Part shown: in pieces, positions 55,183 through 64,000 of the stretch
Layout of the letters: every line of letters begins with the position of its first letter
Position numbering within the stretch: position 1 is the stretch's first letter
Origin: Octopus vulgaris
Taxonomy: Eukaryota
Direction: 5' to 3'
DNA: 64,000 nt
NCBI GenBank assembly: GCA_951406725.2
Contig: OX597818.1
Span: 102,548,001-102,612,000 of the forward strand
Made by a program: the position numbers and the translations under genes
The notes under the pieces: model-generated
What the model saw: only the letters and a program-made list of their open reading frames with translations
Told to the model about the DNA's origin: nothing
The model's database searches: none

Positions 55183-55402
55183 AGGCAGCGAGCCTGGTTG
55201 ATGTGCCCGGTAGCACCGCCGGGCGAAATGCTTAAAGATATATCATCGGCTTTCACGTTCTGAGTTCAAATTCCACCGCTGTCGACTTTGCTATCCGTCC
55301 TTTCGGGGTCGCTTAAATAAGTACCAGTTGAGTACTGAGGATCGATGTAATTGACTCTCCACCTCCCTACAATTTTCATCCCGTGTACTTATAGTAGCAA
55401 AG
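55182..55402 (+). mobile_element. Nin-type SINE between trinucleotide arrays
   Basis: aaggcagcgagc head, gagttcaaattcc, tcctttcggggtcg..aagtaccagt, (ATT)n after. Confidence 0.85.
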
Positions 55403-55450
<48 letters not shown>

Positions 55451-56040
55451 GAGTGAGAGAGCAGTGCATGCCATCAAAGTGACACTGAGGTAAAATATAC
55501 GAAGCTCATTATACCCATCATGACTACCCGTCTGATAAGGGTACACCAGACGCATTCATCACAACCATATGTACGCGTCATGGTGATCTCATATCAAGAT
55601 AAACAGCGCTTGAACTTACATGGTGATCTCATATCAAGATAAACACCGCATGACCTTGCAAGTGGCGCCCAGTTAAAATTTTCTTCTGGTCGAGTAGCCC
55701 ATCCCGCTCAAGAGGTCCCTGAACAAGGGTTGTGTAAGGATGTTGAACGAACCACCCATGTTTCCAAAGGTGAATTATCTAAACCTCTGAGAATTCCTTT
55801 CAACATACGACTATGATGCTCCCCACAACTTCTGCTCGTGATCAGAGATGCACATATCGTCAGCCACTAAGGAACATGATCAACTGGTCAAGGTCAAACA
55901 ATTGACAAGCAAATCTGAGGTATTGAGCAGAATATTTGGTGTAGTCCATGTTTAATACCAAAACAACAAAATGTACATGATAACACTTCCAATCAGTTAA
56001 GAACAGCAGCTATAAGATCCACTACCTGGTACTGTATTGC
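55451..56040 (-). mobile_element. Non-coding retroelement fragment ending in (AAT)n, possibly R4/Dong-associated
   Basis: GC-richer block abutting (ATT)n 55403-55450; internal duplication catggtgatctcatatcaagataaaca at 55579 and 55619. Confidence 0.45.
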
Positions 56041-56185
56041 AATGGGGAAAATGTTGTTCAATAGTGCAATATAAAGCTTAATCATCAAAGGAGACATGTA
56101 TTGAATGCTACCCTATTTCTTTTGTTCATTGACATGCATTAAACTAGCTATCTAGTGGGTTACATCCATAAACCCTATCTTATTT

Positions 56186-56230
<45 letters not shown>

Positions 56231-56407
56231 TACGTATATATATACATATACAAATAAATATATATTTTACGCATATTTACACATATAATATAGTATGATA
56301 TGATATATATATATATACATATACAAATATAGATTCAGATGAATATGGTACTTAACTTGAGGCACCAGAATTTAGTTTGGTATTATCTATACAATTTAAA
56401 ATTATTA

Positions 56408-56696
56408 TCAAAATAAGTAACAAGGTTACCCAGCGGTAATGCAGTACGATCGTTTCATACGACTCCATTTAATTGAACAGTTTGTGATGTTGTTCGTAAA
56501 ACATGTACTTTGTCTATCACCTTATCCTCTTGACAATTTTAGATAAAATTATACTAATGTGTCCTTCAAATTTAATTAAATTCTATGTTTTTTGTGCAAT
56601 TTTAAATTGACGTAATGTTTGCATTGTTCAATTAAATGGAGTCGCATGAAACGATTGTACTGCATTACCTCTGGAAATCCTTGTTGCTCATTTTGA
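56408..56696. repeat. Inverted repeat (~72-bp arms) with hammerhead 3' half in each arm, in a TA-flanked block
   Basis: 56408-56479 vs 56625-56696; GAAACGAT(C/T)GTA facing outward in both arms. Confidence 0.85.
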
Positions 56697-56711
56697 ATAT
56701 AATCGCCATAT

Positions 56712-56754
<43 letters not shown>

Positions 56755-56861
56755 TCACGTGCCATATGCTGAATACTCTTAGTAGGCAGTTGTTAATGTT
56801 TCTATCGATCTGTTTGACTCAGTGTAGGCACTGCTTATTGGCCTACGCAGCAGCACGTTCT

Positions 56862-56907
<46 letters not shown>

Positions 56908-56912
<5 letters not shown>

Positions 56913-57214
56913 CGTGATCACCGTCACCGACCAGGCTATCAGATGTTGCTACACATCGCTGGTCACAATGCGTTTTGCATTGTTTTACCCTCCAAATGAC
57001 GCCACCCCGCTGGCTAAGCGAGCAGGTCAACAGAAGAAAGAGTGAGAGAAAGTTACGGCGAAAGAGTACAGCAGGGATTGCTACCACCCCCTGCCGGAGC
57101 TTCGTGGAGCTTTAGGTGTTTTTGCTCAATAAACACTCACAATGCCTAGTCTAGGAATCGAAACCGTGATCCTATGACCGCGAGTCCGCTGCCCAAACCA
57201 CTGGGCCATTGCTC

Positions 57215-57217
<3 letters not shown>
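56908..57217 (-). mobile_element. SINE family B (tail type 3, RTE-derived end), full length
   Basis: Minus tggcccagtgg A-box, gtttcgattcc B-box; ends gacggtgatcacggtgat at (TA)n. Confidence 0.9.
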
Positions 57218-57280
<63 letters not shown>

Positions 57281-58871
57281 ATATACAGGCATACATTAAA
57301 AATAGTGGTACAATGTGCACCTGTTTGCTAGAAAGAAGAGTTAAATCTCTCCAAAGCCAAGCATCTCTCACTGTATGCAAACACGCACAGAAAACGTAGC
57401 AAATATGCTAAAAAAAAAAACTGCCGTCCTATTTCTAAAGCTACAAATTGGTGAGTATATATCTCAGTATCAATTGATTTCACTTTCTATGTCAAAGACA
57501 CTTAAACCTCATCAGCTAGGCTTACTAAATAAACTATTTAAGAAATATATTTACCTTTCCGTGTGTGTCTGTATATGTGTGCATAAATAAATATATATAT
57601 ACATATAGAGATATATGTATGTGTGTGTGCATTTCTGTATCTATGCACATATATCTGTATTGTGTAGGTGGGCTTTCTATAGTAATGTATAATTGTAGAA
57701 ATGTAGAAGTATATTTTATCTATATGCGTTTGAATACGTGTATACAATCGACATATATTCCAATGTAAAATATGTTTATAATATACTCAGGCATAAACAG
57801 GCATAGCCTACAAATTACGTCCTAACATACTTTCACATGCTTAAATGCTGCACTGCACCTTTTGACGAATTAGATTTTGTTGAATCAGTATATTTATCAA
57901 ATTATGCTGTTTGAATTTGGAAATGATTTTGCAATTTGTAGCCGGACGCTAAAATTCCTGTTTAATATTCGGAGCAGATTTCTAGCACATAACGTGTTTA
58001 ACATGATGTAATACCACCAAGCATATTGATCAACAACTTTTAAATACAAAATTACTCATATTCTGTCTATAGGGACTCAGTGTGTATACCTTCTCTCTAG
58101 TTCTCTCTCTTTCCTCCCTCTCTCCTTTCAAATATGTATGTGCGTGTGTGTGTGTGTGTGTGATTGTCTGTTTTTATGCCAATGTATGTTTGCCTGTGTG
58201 CCTGTATGTTTATCTTTGTTTTATTTCATGAATATAAATTGATAAATCCTTGGAAATCTTGCAGCCTGAAGCTTATACGAATCACCCACATTTTCTCACG
58301 CAGAAACACACGGATGTAGATGCACTTGTGCATTCACACATTCTCACCCGCGCAAGCACAGCTATACTTACACATAGAAACAAATATATATACCTGCACC
58401 AGTCTACAAATATTTTTCTAACACTGATTCCTTTTGACGTCACCCTGCGAATGTCTGTCTCACTTCATATCTGTATATCCATTTCTATCGTTATATCTAT
58501 CCATTTATGTAGCTTTATAGATATCCCTCGTTCTTCTCTTTCAGCCACTCTCTTTACTATTTGGTTCCCTCTGCATCAACCTTCACCCTGTTACGCTTTC
58601 TTTACCCCCATAATCTTCTGTATGATTTTCCCACTCCCCCGGTTCACCTAACACACATTTTCCCTCGTCCGCCTTGTCCCCTTTTTGCTCTTATCCTTTT
58701 ACTACGTTCCTCGGCTGAACATTAGCCAATTTGCCGTTTGACATTTTTAAGCCCCTGGTTCGAATAATTTTTTTTTACTTCTTACATAAAGTTTCTCAGT
58801 TTATAAAACCTACGTGGTATGTTTGCGCACAAATGGCCATAATTTAGTTATTTACAAAGCCTGACAGGATA

Positions 58872-59051
<180 letters not shown>

Positions 59052-59412
59052 GGTTATGAAATGAGATAGGGGTTGAAAATTCAACCCACCATGGGATAAT
59101 ATATATCCAATATACTGCTAGATAAGTACACAACAAGACTAATACATAGATGTTAAAAATTGCCAAACAATCAGTTCATCTATTGTATTATATGGGTAAA
59201 GGTAATAATATTACCGTAAATTAATACTACAAAATTAGAGAATGGAGAAACATCCTTAAATCAATAAAACATCAACTATCAGATGATACCCAAACAATAC
59301 TTTAATATACCATTACATATCAGCAAAGGCATTATACAAAATATACAGTAAGAGTAAATAGACGAAGAGATATAAGTATAAAATTTCAAATATAATATGT
59401 AATTAAATCAAA

Positions 59413-59522
59413 TCTGACAGCTGTTTCGGCAGTGAGGGCAGTCATACCTCATTTAACCTATAAGCCATAAAGGCAGGTATAAATGTGGCATTAACAATGA
59501 TGCCCCACGGCCTCTTCAGAGA
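59413..59522 (-). ncRNA. Type I hammerhead ribozyme, left arm copy
   Basis: Reverse complement of 63031-63140 with two stem II differences; core intact. Confidence 0.8.
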
Positions 59523-59862
59523 ATTAAATTTGTTATAATTGTGAAAAAGATTATTTAACCATATACATATAAATATAAAAGTATAAAAATGTAAAATATA
59601 AAAACTTATACATAAACTTCATAATGCTACACTTATATAATATAATACTCATTGGTACAATAATGGAAGGTAAACAGAACAAAATAAAAACAAAATATAT
59701 ATCAGTGTATATATTAATATTAATAAGCACCGATATTATACATATTTGGCTAATAGTTTTAAAAAAAAAATAACACATAGGGAGATGAAAAATAATAATT
59801 AAAACCATGGTTCAGTTCATAAAATTATAAAGCTATAAAAGTTAATAAAAATTACTATTAAT

Positions 59863-59899
<37 letters not shown>

Positions 59900-62654
59900 G
59901 ATACAGTTATGTTTGCACCAAGTCCATCCTTTCAAGATCGAAATAACTATGAGTTTAGAAATACTGACCACTAGGTAAAGAAAATTTAGATTAATACGAT
60001 TGGCTATTGGTTTGAAATTTAAATCACAAAAGAAATTATACGGTTGGTTAGTCAAGGAACGCCAATATTCACACGCGCATCTACAGATCAATCGCACATA
60101 CACACATAATTATATGTATACACATACACTTATACACATACATAACCACAAGCAACAACTAGCACATAGATAAACAAAAAGGGAAGCAACTATGCTGCCA
60201 TTTAGTCCTTCAAAATTCTAACTATGCCTCAAATAACGAAAATGATCCACTCTTGCATTTCATAAAATATTTAAAGATAGAAATATATTTTTAAATATCA
60301 GTTGGGTAACTTAAAATTTATAACACCGGTTTGTTGCATAGTAAACATACGGTTGTTAGAGTTACCGTAAGTTTGTTATGATTCCAAGTACGCTAAGTTA
60401 TAAAATATAAAATATATATTAAATATATCTCTTATTAACTTAATAAATTTAATGCCATAATATACCAGTTTAGGCATTAAATAATACCAACAAGGGGAAG
60501 TACTAATGCAAACGCATATGAGAACATCACAGAAATTTAAAAAATTTATATTATAAATACTTAAGATAAAATGTGATAAAATAAATAAGAAGGAATAAAT
60601 ACGGTTATACACATATTATAAGTACAAACCAGTATATATGTATTCATATATTATTAAAATAAAATAAAAATAAATGATAGATATGTATGTATAAATCTAC
60701 ACTTGTATAAGTAAATAAGTAAAAAATAAATAGATAACAAATTAGATGACTTGATATGTATGTAAAAATCTACACTTAAATAAGCAAATAAATAAATAAT
60801 TAGAAGACTAAATGCAGAGATTGATAACATTACAATAAAATACAAAAAATAAATAAAGTGAATATATATGTTATATTGATGAAAGTAAATATGTATGGAA
60901 GGATAATTTAAAGTACAGATCTAGAGGACTATAGATTAATGAAATTTTTTTCATTATTAAAGCGGGTCGGCAAATTATTAACAACATAAATGAAAAAAAC
61001 TTCTTTTGCATTCATAGGCTACCGTTCACCTTTTCTAGATTCAAATAGAACTTAGCACTTCCACTATTAATAATTTTTTAACTCCCTTCTTTAACTAACT
61101 ATATCAGTGGTCTTCTATAATTCTAAAGTATGCAACTTATAAATTTATAATTTTATAATTTTTATAGCTACATTTGTATAATAATAATAGATGTGTCTAG
61201 TATTATTTGTTTCTTGTTTTTTTATATGTGGGTTTTTGTTTGTTTTTTAAGGGAAATGCAATATGACATGAAATAACATATTCATTTTGGTATTTGCCTT
61301 ATAATATGTGATTTTTGAAGTTTTCTAATATTGCATAGTATATATGTATATCCTGGTTAGATACCTAGCTCTAGATAATGTAATGCTATTGTATAATATG
61401 TAATATATGGGAGCCTTTTATGAGTTTGGTGTGTTTAGGTTGAGAATATAGGTTTTTTGTATGTGTTTATTTGGCAGGTTTATATTGTATATTTGGTCTT
61501 TCTTTGTACTCACCTTAATTTGTATCTTATGCTATTTACTAATAAACCTTTTTTCATTTTTTTCATTTACATACATTTGGCTTTATAAATATTACCAGCT
61601 TTATATATTTAGTTTATATCTATAGTCCTCTAGATCTGTACTTTAAATTATCCTTCCATACATATTTACTTTCATCAATATAACATATATATTCACTTTA
61701 TTTATTTATTTATTTTATTGTAATGTTATCAATCTCTGCATTTAGTCTTCTAATTATTTATTTATTTGCTTATTTAAGTGTAGATTTTTACATACATATC
61801 AATTCATCTAATTTGTTATCTATTTATTTTTTACTTATTTACTTATACAAGTGTAGTTTTATACATACATATCTATCATTTATTTTTATTTTATTTTAAT
61901 AATATATGAATACATATATACTGGTTTGTACTTATAATATGTGTATAACCGTATTTATCCTTCTTATTTATTTTATCACATTTTATCTTAAGTATTTATA
62001 ATATAAATTTTTTTTAAATTTCTGTGATGTTCTCATATGCGTTTGCATTAGTACTTCCCCTTGTTGGTATTATTTAATGCCTAAACTGGTATATTATGGC
62101 ATTAAATTTATTAAGTTAATAAGAGATATATTTAATATATATTTTATATTTTATAACTTAGCGTACTTGGAATCATAACAAACTTACGGTAAATCTAACA
62201 ACCGTATGTTTACTATGCAACAAACCGGTGTTATAAATTTTAAGTTACCCAACTGATATTTAAAAATATATTTCTATCTTTAAATATTTTATGAAATGCA
62301 TGAGTGGATCATTTTCGTTATTTGAGGCATAGTTAGAATTTTGAAGGACTAAATGGCAGCATAGTTGCTTCCCTTTTTGTTTATCTATGTGCTAGTTGTT
62401 GCTTGTGGTTATGTATGTGAATAAGTGTATGTGTATACATATAATTATGTGTGTATGTGCGATTGATCTGTAGATGCGCGTGTGAATATTGGCGTTCCTT
62501 GACTAACCAACCGTATAATTTCTTTTGTGATTTAAATTTCAAACCAATAGCCAATCGTATTAATCTAAATTTTCTTTACCTAGTGGTCAGTATTTCTAAA
62601 CTCATAGTTATTTCGATCTTGAAAGGATGGACTTGGTGCAAACATAACTGTATC

Positions 62655-62685
<31 letters not shown>

Positions 62686-63030
62686 ATTAATAGTAATTTT
62701 TATTAACTTTTATAGCTTTATAATTTTATGAACTGAACCATGGTTTTAATTATTATTTTTCATCTCCCTATGTGTTAGGTTTTTTTTAAAAACTATTAGC
62801 CAAATATGTATAATATCGGTGCTTATTAATATTAATATATACACTGATATATATTTTGTTTTTATTTTGTTCTGTTTACCTTCCATTATTGTACCAATGA
62901 GTATTATATTATATAAGTGTAGCATTATGAAGTTTATGTATAAGTTTTTATATTTTACATTTATATTTTTATATTTATATGTATATGGTTAAATAATCTT
63001 TTTCACAATTATAACAAATTTAATTCTAAT

Positions 63031-63140
63031 TCTCTGAAGAGGCCGTGGGGCATCCTTGTTAATGCCTCATTTATACCTGCCTTTATGGCTTATAGGTTAA
63101 ATGAGGTATGACTGCCCTCACTGCCGAAACAGCTGTCAGA
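63031..63140 (+). ncRNA. Type I hammerhead ribozyme with long stem II
   Basis: tct-CTGAAGA-ggc..gggca..cctcattta..taaatgagg..tgccc..gcc-GAAACAGCTGTC-aga; GUC site after 63137. Confidence 0.85.
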
Positions 63141-63323
63141 TTTGATTTAATTACATATTATATTTGAAATTTTATACTTATATCTCTTTGTCTATTTACT
63201 CTTACTGTATATTTTGTATAATGCCTTTGCTGATATGTAATGGTGTATTAAAGTATTGTTTGGGTATCATCTGATAGTTGATGTTTTATTGATTTAAGGA
63301 TGTTTCTCCATTCTCTAATTTTG

Positions 63324-63389
<66 letters not shown>

Positions 63390-63410
63390 TTATATACATA
63401 CACATGTGAC

Positions 63411-63738
63411 GGCGCATGGCTTAGTGGTTAGAGCGTCGAGCTTACGATTGTGAGGTTGTGAGTTCGAATCCGGACCGGGCTGCGTGCTTTCTTCTTGAGC
63501 AAGACACTTTATTTCACGTTGCTCCAGTTCACTCAGCTGTGGAAATGAGTTGCAACGTCACAGGTACCAAGCTGTAGCGGCCGTTGCTTTTCCCTTGGAT
63601 AACGCTGGTGGCGTGTAGAGGTTATTCATGGGCGACTACTGGTCTTGCATAAACAAACTTGCCCAGACTTGTGCCTGGGAGGGTAACATTGTAGGTGCAA
63701 TCACACTCTAAGCCATGACCGAAGGGACACTCAGCTCT
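63411..63738 (+). mobile_element. Meta-domain-type tRNA-derived SINE
   Basis: tggcttagtgg A-box, gttcgaatcc B-box, cttgagcaagacactttatttcacgttgctccagttcactcagctg. Confidence 0.85.
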
Positions 63739-63742
63739 CGAC

Positions 63743-63774
63743 ATACATATATATATGTGTATGTATGTGTGTAC

Positions 63775-63822
<48 letters not shown>

Positions 63823-63854
63823 ATGTGTATATATAAGTATATATATGTATGTAT

Positions 63855-63921
<67 letters not shown>
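63743..63921. repeat. Compound TA/TG/CA microsatellite
   Basis: Direct reading. Confidence 0.95.
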
Positions 63922-63924
<3 letters not shown>

Positions 63925-64000
63925 AAATAAGAAAATAGAGAAAAATCAGTTAATAATTATATTCCTTAATTACAAAAATAGACAAGATTCCTAACAGCTG

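Larger units (their letters stand above)
59052..63324. mobile_element. Penelope-like fold-back insertion in (TA)n with ~1.7-kb inverted arms
   Basis: 59229-60936 is the near-identical reverse complement of 61618-63324; 681-bp spacer; both outer ends abut (TA)n. Confidence 0.85.

Noticed and set aside
59864-62684. Duplicate ORFs MYVRLICRCACEY... as a duplicated gene
   Set aside because: By-product of the inverted repeat; ends in a (TAT)n run and has no recognisable domain.
59229-63324. Inverted repeat as a pure assembly artefact
   Set aside because: Arms differ by several substitutions and indels, and there is a unique spacer; not fully excluded without reads.

Overview
This is AT-rich, microsatellite-dense animal DNA. 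The tRNA-derived SINE families and (TA)n/(CA)n load point to an octopus-type cephalopod genome (inference from repeat content). No host protein-coding gene can be recognised with confidence: most supplied ORFs are microsatellite artefacts and the real protein matches are decayed transposons. These include mariner, maT/DD37D-like, R4/Dong-like and RTE LINE pieces, a Penelope-like GIY-YIG tail, a non-autonomous Helitron and two ORF1-only L1/Tx1-like retroelements. The main signal not explained by the ORF track is about ten hammerhead-ribozyme (HHR) motifs (CUGANGA...GAAA, palindromic stem III, NUH site), nearly all beside (TA)n tracts. One sits in a structured 352-bp unit bounded by exact 56-bp direct repeats (43522-43929), resembling a circular-RNA retrozyme. 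Two intact copies sit in a ~1.7-kb-arm inverted repeat (59229-63324). Three further fold-back structures of different ages (14488-14783, 21072-21666, 56408-56696) carry HHR parts in the same outward-facing polarity. Boundaries were read by eye and may be off by a few bases; family names are recognition-based, not database results.
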